A stretch of 64,000 nt of DNA, taken from NCBI GenBank assembly GCA_017654855.1, contig CM030334.1:2418001-2482000 (forward strand). Direction: 5' to 3'. This document shows, one piece after another, positions 50,721-62,600 of this stretch. The DNA comes from Podospora anserina (taxonomy: Eukaryota). Position 1 is the first letter of the stretch. Each line of letters begins with the position of its first letter. The notes under the pieces are model-generated. The model ran no database searches. It was not told the origin of the DNA and saw only the letters and a list, made by a program, of their open reading frames with translations. Position numbers and translations under genes: made by a program.

Positions 50721-53700
50721 TCAAGCAATAGCAGTAAACACCTCCTCAGCAGTCCTCTTGACAATACCACCAGTGACAGGCAAGCTGGTGTTCTTCTCAA
50801 GATACAAATCAACCTCGCGAGCAGCCTGGCGACCCTCATTGATACCCCAAACGATAAGCGACTGTCCACGACGGCAATCACCAGCCGCGAAGACACCCTC
50901 CACATTGGTGCTGTACTTCCCAGCAGGAGTCTTGACGTTCTTGCGAGCGTCCTTCTCGATCTCGTCACCCAAGACACGAGCCTCAGGTCCCAAGAAACCC
51001 ATGGACAAGAGGACGAGGTCGGCAGGGAAGAACTGCTGAGAACCCTCAACCTTCTTCATGTCCCAACCACCGCTGGCAGACTTGGTCCACTCAACACGGA
51101 CGGTGTTGATGCCCTTCACCTTGCCGCTGCCGTCGTCGACAAACTCCTCCGACATGATGCAGAACTCACGGGGGTCCTTGCCTGTGTGTTGAGCCACCTC
51201 AGTGTGACCGTAGTCGACACGGTAGATGCGGGGCCACTGGGGCCACGGGTTGTCGCGCGCACGCTCCGGGGGAGGCTGAGGCAGCAGCTCAAAGTTGACA
51301 ACCGACTTGGCACCGTGGCGGACAGAGGTACCGATGCAGTCGTTACCGGTATCACCACCACCAATGACAACGACGTGCTTGTCCTTGGCAGATATGTAAG
51401 AACCGTCAGCCAGCTCGGAGTCAAGCAGAGACTTGGTGTTCTTGTGAAGGAACTCCATGGCGAAGTGGATGCCCTCGAGGTTGCGGCCCTTGATGGGAAG
51501 GTCACGAGCGACAGTGGCACCGGTGGCGATGATGACAGCATCATTCTCAGCCTTGAGATCCATCAGCTTGATATCGTCGCCGATGGAAACACCGGTCTTG
51601 AAGATGACACCCTCGTCGGCCATGAACTTGGTGCGTCTGTCGACGATGCGCTTGTCAAGCTTCATGTTGGGGATACCATACATGAGCAGACCACCAAGAC
51701 GGTCAGCACGCTCGTAGACGGTGACAAGATGGCCAGCCTTGTTCAGCTGATCGGCGGCAGCAAGACCAGCGGGACCAGAACCAATGATGGCAACCTTCTT
51801 GCCGGTGCGGACCTCGGGAGGGTTGGGAACCATCCAGCCCTTCTCGAAACCTCTGTCAATGATGGCGCACTCGATGGACTTGATGCCAACGGGGTCTTCG
51901 TTGATGCCGAGAACGCAAGCACCCTCGCAGGGAGCAGGGCAAACACGACCAGTGAACTCGGGGAAGTTGTTGGTCATGAGGAGACGGTTGAGGGCGTCCT
52001 GCCACTGGTTCTGGAAAACAAGCTCGTTCCACTTGGGAATGATGTTGGAGATGGGGCAACCAGTATCAGACTGGCAGAAGGGGACACCGCAGTCCATGCA
52101 GCGAGCGGACTGATACTTGAGCTCGTCCTCGTCGAGTCTCTGGGAAAGCTCGGCCCAGTCCTTGACACGCGTCTTGGCGCTGCGGTACTTCTCAGAGCGG
52201 CGCTGGTACTTCATGAAGCCCTTGGTTTTGTCGAGCACAAGAGCCTTCTTCTTGTCACGGGTCTGGTCACCGAAGCTCTCTTCGATATCAGCAAGCTTCT
52301 CGGTGTGCTCCTTCTTGACCTCCTTCTTGGCCTCCTTCTTCTGCTCAACGCCAGAGATGATGGGAAGGTTGTACTCAGCACGCTTGGCCTCAGCAGCCTT
52401 AGCAGCCTCCTCGGCAAGGACGCGCTTGTAGTCAACAGGCAAGACCTTGATGAAACGGGGAAGGGCGCGGTTGAAGTCGACCAGGATGCGGGCCGCAAGC
52501 TCGGAGCCAGTGTAGTGGTGGTGATCCTCGATGAGACCGCGGAGGTAGGCAACTTCCTCGGGGTCCTCGACGGGGCCAGCCTCCACCATTTCGGTGTTGA
52601 GCTTGGTGAGGAAGTCCTGGTGGATGTCAAGGACGTAGGCGATACCACCAGACATACCGGCAGCGAAGTTGCGGCCAGTGCTGCCAAGAATGACGATGCG
52701 GCCACCAGTCATGTACTCGCAACCGTGGTCACCAACACCCTCAACGACAGCGGTGGCACCGGAGTTGCGGACGGCGAAACGCTCAGCAGCAACACCACGG
52801 AAGAAGGCAGTACCGCTGGTAGCACCATACAAGCAGACGTTGCCGATGAGAATGTTCTCCTCAGCCTTGAAGACGGCCGAGCGAGGAGGGTACACGATCA
52901 AGCGACCACCAGACAAGCCCTTGCCGACATAGTCGTTGGCATCACCCTCGAGCTCCAGGGTGATACCAGGAGCGAGGAAAGCACCGAAGGACTGACCGGC
53001 TGAGCCCTTGATGTTGACGTGGATGGTATCCATGGGGAGACCAGCCTCGCCAAATCTCTTGGAGACGTGGTAGGAGAGCGAAGTACCCATGGCACGATCG
53101 GTGTTGACAATGTCGCACTCGATGCGGGAGGGAAGACCCTTGTCAAGAGTCAACTCGGCCTCGGAGATGAGCTTGTTGTCGAGGCGGACGTAGAGGCGAT
53201 GGTCCTGCTTGCGGACGTTGAAGGTGGCGACACCGGGGCGAAGCTTGTGGGCAGGCGTGAGAATGAGAGAAAGATCGATGTTAGCGGTCTTGTTGGTGCG
53301 CAGATCCTCGCGAACCTTGAGGACCTCAGCACGACCGATCATCTCGTTCACAGTGCGGAAGCCAAGCTTGGCCATGATGGCACGGAGCTCGTTGGCAACA
53401 TAGTAGAAGAAGTTGATGACGTGCTCGGGAGTACCAGTGAACTTCTTGCGAAGCTCAGGATCCTGGGTGGCGATACCGACAGGGCAAGTGTTCTGACGAA
53501 AAGGTTAGCAAAACTCGGGAATTGGGGATCTCAAATCACAAACCAAATGACAATTGTGAGTAACGAGGCCATTCCCAAGCTGAAATAGGGACCCTGAGAC
53601 CTGAATCGCGCGATAATCATCCTCCTCAACGTCTGTGACCGTGAAGGGGCGGGCATCGTCAGTGTAATAGGTCTTGGCCATGTTCATCCTCTTGCGAGGC

Positions 53701-56700
53701 ATGAGGAGGTATTGCTGGAACTTAGCAGACCCCTTGCCAAGGTAGCAAATGAAGACATCGCCAGGAATATCTGACCACCCATCCCCAAACTTCTGGTTAT
53801 TGATTTCTCTGTCAATGCCTGTGACAGAGATACCGCAACTCAATGCCAAGTCGCGGAGATCCTCCACGATTTTCCTATGCTCATCGGTGCGCTGCGTAAA
53901 ACGGTAGGTATTGTGTGACTTCACATAGCAGCCATCAGAATCGATGAGGCCAGCGATGACAGCCAGCCGAGTAGCCTCATCCGCAGTCTTGTAGCAGTCG
54001 GGGATACCACCACTCTTGTCACCAAGGAGACCAAGGGAACGGAGGCCATCCTGGATGGGATTCCAGTGATACCCAGGCATCCCCTCCTGACTGGAGATCC
54101 TATATGTGTAAGTATTGTGGTTGGCATAGTGATTAGTCCCCGGAATAGCATCACCAGCCTTCTGCTGGAGGTGCTCGCTGACGTGGAGCGGGCGAGCCCC
54201 GGCTGGCCTGCTGGCGTTGAGCTCCGCAACATGGCTATGAAGCCAGACTTTGACCTCAAGATCGGAGCTGGAGACGATCGGGCCGCCTGTGGACCCATCA
54301 CCAAGCCAGAAGCCCAGGAGCCAGGGGTCGATGGGGACGGACCTCTGGACGTTGGCCGGGTGAGAAGCAAAGGCAAGGGGGGCGCGGTAAAGCTTCAAGT
54401 GATTCTTCTTGACCTGCTTGCTGCACAGCCCCTCGTACCGAGTCACGGTCATCCTGAAGTCATCACCATCTCTGACAATATAAGGGTCAACGAGATGATG
54501 GTGTTCACTCCTCAGCAAGTCATATACCAAGCGACCTTGCTGCTCGGTAGGGAAACGACGACAGATTCTCCGGACACCACCGCATTGGCACCCATTATTC
54601 AGCCCACTTCTCAATTTGGCGAAGCGATCGAGTGTAGCTGACGGGAGTGACATGAGTGATGACTCGCCCAGGGTTGACATAGCGTCTGATGATGCAGCAT
54701 CTGCTTCATGCAATACTGGCATCCTCGAAGGCTGTCCATTGCTGCCTCCAGTAAGCGCCGACTGACTACGGCTGAAGGGGCGATGCCCAAGGGGAATTGG
54801 TGGTGATGAGCCCCCATTCGAGTTGTTCCCTGCGTGTCCAAGGGACGAGTTTGGTCTAGACGTATACTGGGAAGAACCAGGACGGTAAGATCCTCCATAT
54901 GTCGAGGACGGGAGCTCAATGTCACGGAACTGTTGTCCTATCTCAGGTCCGAGGTCCACCAGCTCGACATCATCTACCTCTAAATCTTCCATGGGAACGT
55001 CTGATGGTATGCTGTCCAAATATTCTTGCACAGCACTATGCAGTGCCTCTCTAACCAGGCCAGGCTCATTCTTAAGCTCCTGGTTAGCAATTTGGCGCAG
55101 AAAGTCGTCAAACTCAGGGGGGTTGTCGTCGTGGCCGGCTTCGTGAAAATGTGCTTCCACACGACTGTCGACATAGCTATGGACCTCCTCTTCAGTCGGG
55201 GTATGGTCCTGACTATCGACAAGGTCACGGTAGAGGAAATGAGCAGCCTGATCCCACCTCAGACTGCACGACTCTCTCTCAAGACCGGAACGGTCACAGC
55301 GTGTCAACCAGTAAACCTGCCAGTCGACCCTGTCCCCATTCTGGGAGCAGACAAGGGAGGGGGCAGTGCCATATGTCCGCAGGGGGAGGATATGATCAGG
55401 AGTGCACTTGAAGCTTTTCTTCTCACGAGAATCAAACTCCTTGTAGTGTATCTCCTTCATAGGGCCCCTCTGGACCTCATCCACGGCGAGGACCAGGACC
55501 GGGAGGTGGTTGTCGTCGAGGAGGGTGTCGCCGACATTGATCTCGGCAATCGTCGTGACGCCGGCGAGGGTGCGGACAGTGGTGGAGGGATGTAAACACT
55601 TTCTCATCTTCACGCGCTCAGTTAGCTTGTATTCAACAAGAAATCATCATGGGATGGTGGGCGGTGGATGAAGTGAGGCATCCAAAAGACAGTGACAGGC
55701 GTCCAAAAGACACCTGAAGGCATATTTGGATGTGAAGGAGGCCTATTTTCAATTCAAACAGGCCTTCTTCAAATCCAACCACGCCTCTCTGCATCATTCG
55801 CACGCCTGAATCCATCCGGGCCAGGTGTGAAGGGGTAACAAAAATATCAAAAAGTGATCAACTTACCATGATGCAACCCATCGCAATCAAGGGGGTGGTA
55901 GCGAAACCCCATTCCTCGGCACCAAGCAAGCAAGCAAGGGCGACATCGCGACCAGTGCGGAGCTGACCATCAGTCTGGACAACAACACGGCCACGAAGAT
56001 CGTTCAAGACCAAAGTCTGATGAGTCTCGGCAAGACCCAACTCCCAAGGGAGACCGGCATACTTGATACCAGTCCAGCGCGAAGCACCGGTACCACCATC
56101 GTGACCAGAGATCAAGATGTGATCAGCCTTGGCCTTGGCCACACCAGAGGCAACAATACCAACACCAGTTTCGGACACAAGCTTCACTGACACACGCGAG
56201 CGAGGGCTCGAACACTTGAGGTCGTAAATGAGCTGCTTCAAATCCTCGATCGAGTAAATATCGTGATGAGGAGGAGGCGAGATCAAACCGACACCAGGGG
56301 TCGAGTGACGAGTGCGGGCAATGGACTTGGAGACCTTGTGGCCGGGCAGCTCACCACCCTCACCGGGCTTGGCACCCTGGGCCATCTTGATCTGAAGCTC
56401 ATCAGAGTCGGCAAGGTAGGCGGACGTGACACCGAAACGGCCAGAGGCAACCTGCTTGATGGCAGAGCGCATGGTATCGCCGTTGGGCATGACCTGCGAG
56501 CGCTCAGGATCCTCACCACCTTCACCGGTGTTGGACTTGCCACCAAGTCTGTTCATGGCCACAGCGAGAGTGGAGTGAGACTCCATGGAAATAGAACCAT
56601 AAGACATGGCACCAGTGCAGAAGCGGCGCACGATCTCGGTCCAGGGCTCAACCTGCTCGATGGGGATGGGAGTGGTCTCCTCAAACTTGAAGTCGAGCAT

Positions 56701-59600
56701 GCCGCGGAGCGTGCAGGCCTTGATCTGCTCATACTCGGAGCGGGAGTAGGCCTCGTATGACTTGTCGTTCTTGGTGCGGACGGCGTCCTGGATGTTGGCA
56801 ATCGACGTGGGGTCGTTGATGTGAGCTTCACCACCATCACGCCAGTGGTACTCGCCAGACTCGGGAAGGCCAGCAACACCAACAGTGTAGCGCGAGGGGA
56901 AACCACGCTCGTGGAGGCGGAAAGCGTCCTCAGCAATGAGCTCGAAAGTGATACCCTTGATGCGGGAGGCAGTGCCGCGGAAGCAGCGGTCGACAACGCT
57001 GTCGTCAACACCGAGAGCCTCGAAGATCTGAGCACCCTTGTAACTGGCGAGGGTAGAAATACCCATCTTGCTCATGACCTTCAAGATACCGCCGTCAACA
57101 GAGTGCTTGTAGTTGTGGATCAGCTGCTCGTCGGTGAGCTTCTTCTTGATGAGCTTCTCCTTGTTGAGCTTGAGGATGCACTCCATCGCAAGGTAGGGGT
57201 TGATGGCATCCACGCCGTACCCGAGAAGCACACACATATGGTGAACCTCACGAGCTTCGGCAGTCTCAACGACGAGAGCAGCCATGGAACGCCACTTGTT
57301 GGCAACAAGATGATGGTGAACCATACCAGAAGCCAACAGGGCAGAGACAGCAACGCGATCCTTGGATGTGTTGCGGTCAGTCAGGACAATGATGCGATCG
57401 CGAGCCTCGATGGCGGCAGTGGCCTCCTTGCAGATGTAGTCAAGGTGGTTGATGTAGCCCTGGACACCCTCGGTCTTGGGGAAGGTGATGTCAATGGTCT
57501 TGACGGTCCACTCGGGGTAGAGCTTGGACATGTTGTTCAAGGCATTGAACTCCTCAATGGAAAGGATGGGGCTGGGCAGGAGGAGTCTGCCGCACTGGGA
57601 AGCATCCATCTCCAAAAGGTTGCCCTGAGGTCCGACATAGCACTCTAGAGACATGACGATGGACTCTCTGATGGGATCGATAGGAGGGTTGGTGACCTGA
57701 GCGAACAGCTGACGGAAGTACTCATAGAGCAGCTTGGGGGCCTGAGACAGGCATGCAAGAGGAGCATCGTTACCCATGGAACCGAGAGCCTCCTTCTCGT
57801 CAGAGGCCATCGGAGCGAGCAGCAAGCTGACCTGTTCAAAGGTGTAGCCGAAAGCATGCAGAAGAGGGTCCTCCTGGAGCTTGAAGTCATCAGGCTTGGC
57901 GGCGAGCACAACGCTCTTGTCCTCGCCAACCTTCTCCAAGACATTGGGCATGGTAATCAGGTTCTCATCGAGCCAGGATCTGAAGTCCTGACGGGTGGAA
58001 ACAGCAGCCTTGAGCTCGCTGTCATCGATAATACGACCGGCGTGAGTGTCGACGAGAAGCATGCGGCCAGGCTGCAGACGGCCCTTCTGAATGATTCTTT
58101 CGGGCTCAACGGGGATGGTACCAACTTCGGAAGCGCAGATGATGCGGTCATCATCCATCACGTAGAAGCGGCAAGGGCGAAGACCGTTACGGTCAAGGTT
58201 GGCACCGCAGAAACGACCATCGGCAAAGGTGAAGAGAGCAGGACCGTCCCAGGGCTCCATCTGGCAAGCAGCCCACTCGTAGAATGCGGCCTTCTTGGGG
58301 TCCATGGCACTGTTGCCCTGCCAGGCCTCGGGGACCATGAGCATGACGGCCTCTGGGAGAGAAAGAACACCATTGATGGTGAGGAGCTCCAACACGTTGT
58401 CAAAGGCAGCGGAATCAGAACCACCATCCTCAACGACCGGGTAGAGGTCCTCGAGCTCATCACCGAAAATGTCAGACTGCATGACACCCTCACGAGCGCG
58501 CATCCAGTTCTTGTTACCACGGAGAGTGTTGATTTCACCTGGGGTTGAAGTTAGCATGTGATGTCGGCCTTGCAAATCCAGTCTACTGCTTACCGTTGTG
58601 AGCGGCCCATCTCAGGGGCTGAGCACGGTCCCAAGATGGGAAGGTGTTGGTAGAGAAACGCGAGTGTACCAAGGCAAAGTGCGCCTCATAATCAGCATTC
58701 ACCAAATCGTGGTAGTATTGGTAGACTTGTACTGGAGCCAACTGTCCCTTGTAAACAATGTTCTTGTTCGACAGAGAGCAGATGTAGAACCAGTTCTGAA
58801 GCCCGACGGTGCGGGTGGCACGCTTCCGGAGGACATAGAGTTGTCTCTCGAACAACCTGTCATCGAACTTGTCTGCGTCCGTAATCTCAGGAGCATCCCC
58901 AGAGCCATAGGCAGACTGGAGAACCACAAAGGGCTGCAGAATGGTAGGCTCGCGAGAAGCAGCAGCCGGACCAAGGAGAGTGGAGTCCACGGGAAGCTCT
59001 CGCCACCCGAGGACTCTCAAGCCCAAGGACTCGGCAATATCTTCCAACTGCCGCTTGGACTCTTGCAGGGTCTCTGGATCAGGCTTGAAGAACAGATTGC
59101 CCACAGCGTACTGTCCCAATGGAGGAAGCTTGATGCCCTCCTCACGCTCAAAGTTCTTGACAAAGAACTTGTGGGGAATGGATGTCATGACACCAGCACC
59201 ATCACCATCTCGCGCATCAGATCCCACGGCACCACGATGGGTCATGTTGCATAGAAGGTTTCGCGCTGTCAAGGTTAGTTATTGATTCGACATGACCGCT
59301 GTCAGGAGAACTCACCATCGCTAACGATTTTGTGGCTAGCCTTGCCCTTGATGTGGCAAGCAAAGCCCACACCGCACGCATCTTTCTCGAGTGAGGGATC
59401 ATACAACCCCCTGGAGGTAAAGTGTTAACAAAGCAAAGTATTCAGCCGAACCAAGGGGACACATACTGCTTCACCGGAAGAGCACCAGCCCACGAGTCGT
59501 TGTTTTCTGTCTGGTATTCATAGGGCTGGTAGTTGTATTGCTCAGACTCTAGGTGAGTCTGTCGATCATCAAATTCTGGGGTCAGCTTGATCTCGCCCAT
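50721..59600 (-). CDS. glt1: NADH-dependent glutamate synthase precursor containing an intein; exons 59600-59467, 59410-59316, 59265-58594, 58538-55867, 55607-53544, 53492-50721 (2802 aa precursor, 2120 aa after intein removal)
   Basis: DACGVGF (Ntn Cys), [27 protein letters not shown], Fe-S motif GCIM|MRK[intein][13 protein letters not shown], GltD-like C-terminal part ([23 protein letters not shown]). The exon lengths sum to 8409 nt, in frame. Confidence 0.96.
53553..55598 (-). mobile_element. GLT1 intein with LAGLIDADG homing endonuclease, 682 aa
   Basis: An in-frame insertion splits the conserved MRK^CHLNTC. It starts CLHPST (block A), has block [18 protein letters not shown] helices [11 protein letters not shown] and [12 protein letters not shown], block H-like [14 protein letters not shown], and ends LVTHN followed by +1 Cys. 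Confidence 0.96.
55676..55828. repeat. Exactly 21-bp-phased hexamer array with internal dyad symmetry, inside glt1 intron 4 (55866-55608)
   Basis: AGGCAT 55676, AGGCGT 55697, AGGCAT 55718, AGGCCT 55739, AGGCCT 55760, ACGCCT 55781, ACGCCT 55802, AGGTGT 55823. 55726-55744 matches the reverse complement of 55760-55778 at 17 of 19 positions. Confidence 0.8.
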
Positions 59601-62600
59601 GCTAGGCAAGCTTCTGCTTGTCAAGACGCGAAGGAGTGTCGCTTGTCTGACGTGACCTGGCCAACGGGCGGGGTATCAAAAAGCAGCTTGATAACTGCGG
59701 ATGATGGAAGGGTCTACAGGATACGAGATATGATTAGCTCCAAGACTATACGAAGTGATTCTTTGATCCAAGGTGTTAGTCAAAGACAAGATAGTGAGTG
59801 AGGTATCCTCGAAATCCGGCGCTGTGAGTGAAATCTGACAGATGGGTGGTGGGAAACTGTTTAAAGTTCGAGGGAGAGGACCAATGGTCCAGTGTGGATG
59901 TGCGGGTTACGCCAGGTCGCCGCGAGACAGGTGAAAAGCCCTGAAGGCAGTCACGGAACTCAATTGAGGGCTTTGTGGCCCAAAGCTTGAGCTGCCAGCT
60001 ACGTCCCGTATCCGAACGCTGTGTGTAGCCACCAGACAGGACCATCACCCCACCCAGAGCCGGTCAACCACAGCCAGAATGCTGAATAGTTGTTATCAGA
60101 GGCAGAAGGTGGCCGACAAATGCCCAGCGTGGGATCGTCCCAAGTATTGGGGGACGGGTCTAGAATGTCTCGAGGCATCGGATATTGGCGTGGCATGATG
60201 CATGCTCCTTGATAGGCAGCTCTCCTGAGCCATAGCTCCCAAGACTTGTGATGCAATCTGGACCATCCAAAGAACGGTAGAACCCCAACCGGCGCGGGAT
60301 GACGACAGGCGTGTAGCACCCAGAGGCCTTATCGTGTGTCCATGCGGCTATATTCCCGCAGCTCTGATAGGAGCACCCATCCTATCATCGATAGGCGAGA
60401 AGCGAAGCCTTTCATGACGCCTGGCTGTCCTTGCCGACATGTACCAAGCACCAAACGGCGTCGGCACGTCGTAACGCAATATGGAGGCGGGGTGGGAGGG
60501 GCGGGGGGGCCAAGACCGGGATTGGGAGTGTGAGAGCGGGGGAGGGTGTGTGTGTTCCCCCACCACTAGCACCACCACCCCCTCCATTCCGCATCCACAT
60601 GCGAAATCCACCATGTCATATCCACACTTCGGAGCACAAGCAGAGACGCCCGCGTTCGCCCGTGTTCGCCCGGTGCCTGCCGCCCAAATATGAATGGCAG
60701 GCGAGGAGTTGCTTGTTTCTTGGGAGGAGGGGTTTCGGCTTCGTTGTGGGATAAATTGGATGCGCCGGAGTGGTTATCGGGGCCCCGCAGTTGGGTGGAC
60801 ATGCTGAGTTTCGACGTCATCCAGAGATAGAGCTTCGGAAGATCCCTTGGCGGCGCCCGAGACCTTGGTGGGCATGGAGCGGGGTGTTGATGTTTGTCGC
60901 ATGCTGGCCAGATTGTCCATTGCCTTCGATCAAAGGCTGTCGTAGTTCTCACGAGGTGGCCGAGCTCTTGAGATACCTCGAAACATATCTTGTCTTTCAT
61001 CACATCGTGTCTGGGGCTGGGTGTTGCGAGGGGGATGGGAAGGGTTGCCGATCCGAAGAGAACTTACCGTTAGAACTAGCTATACACTCCAAGAGAGAGT
61101 GCTGTTGCTTCACGGGTCGAGGTGGGACTCGAGGTTGAGTGGTGGTTGTTTGGAGGGGGAAGTGCGGAATCGTGAAAGAAAGAGGGAGGAGGAGGAGGAG
61201 GAGGAGAGAGAAGGTGGTCGTGGAGGGGCGGCAAGCCTGCTTTTATGAAGAGAGCTCGGAGACGGCCGATGGCAGCAAGCTATCCGTTCTGGCCAAGGAT
61301 GCTGCCCAGGAGCTTTGCGTGTTGGATCTGGGGTTCTCGTTTCTCAATTGAGGCAGAACAACCGGAGCGGAGAGCAGACGTAGCCAAGACAACCTGGATA
61401 CAAGGGGGAAGATGGATGGTGGAAAGTGACCCGAGTGCTAAAGGCAATGACATGTGGCTGCTGGTGTTGAAGGTGTGTTGCTGCGAAGGGTGAGTGGGGG
61501 GAGGTGGGGAGACACCTTCCACCTGGTCGCTTATTCGTGGGTGGGGTATTCATCCAGTGCACTCCATCTGCTACTAGCTACCCTACATCTGCCATCTCGG
61601 ATGGTCTCCCACATGCTACAATATTGAGTGGCATTCATAGCTCACCATCTCTCTCCTCTCCTGCAGGTTGCTACGGTTTGTGTAAAAAGCGCGCACGCAT
61701 TTGAAGCTGTCTGACGGTGTCACCGCATGGAAGAACTGTCCGTTGCCCTGGTCCGGTGGCTTGTCATCGTCCTATTCATGTCGAATCAGAATCACTGGAC
61801 ACCGGCAATGTGAAGTGTTTGATGTGAGTATTTCCGCGGTCACAGTAACTTTATACACTTGTAAAATAAATCCAGTAATACCATCCGAACAGTTTCAGGC
61901 GTAATACCTAGGAGTAGGACACATCAAGACGGGCCGACCTCCTTCTCGGCGTACTGGAGAAAGTGATGATAAAGAACACGAGCCTGAAGATTCCGGTCAG
62001 CATGTTCTCCGCTTCCGGCTGCCAAGCATAACAGATATTGATGAGAGATGATATTGCCAGCGAATCTGGGAGGTTGAGTGAAATCACTTGTGTAAAAGTG
62101 TTTTGCCATGGAAATACAGGCCTGATGCCCGGTTGGAGGCGTTGGTAGGTGTTCTTCATGAACACAGCGGGTTGTGCACCCCACACCATGGCTGCATCTT
62201 GCAGAACCAATAATGGACTAGCGCAAGATCCACTGGCATCGCCTGCATGCGAAGCATCCACAGCATGCCTCAGCATCCTACCATCCCTGTCCGGCGCCAG
62301 GGTTCAAAAAAGTTGGGCCGTCCCAGTCCCGCAACATTCTCACCAATCAGATAACACCGTTTTCAAAGACGACCGGCCGATGTCGCCAGCTCAAGCGCCA
62401 AACCCAGGACACCAGGGAAAGCGTGCGGAGGAACGTCTCTGGGGTCCCTGTCAGCCGGTATCGTTCAACATGTCCGAAAACACCAGACAGCAATCACGGC
62501 GATCCGCTTGAATAGACATGGAAGTAACAGAGAAAATCGCTGACACATGATACCAGCTAGCCAGATCAACATGGGGATCCCACCACGTGCCGCGAATAGG

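Noticed and set aside
50610-53003. 797-aa plus-strand ORF, and similar ones at 56821-57648 and 57856-58548
   Set aside because: Antisense shadows of the strongly codon-biased glt1 exons.
53505-55613. Treating the 702-aa ORF as a free-standing endonuclease gene or a group I intron ORF
   Set aside because: It is in frame with glt1 through GT..AG introns and has all intein splicing motifs at the exact MRK^CHL junction.
55676-55828. CRISPR-like reading of the anchor-and-linker arrays (also 10525-10830)
   Set aside because: The anchors are only 5-6 bp, the linkers are about 15 bp and partly related to each other, the host is eukaryotic, and there are no cas genes.
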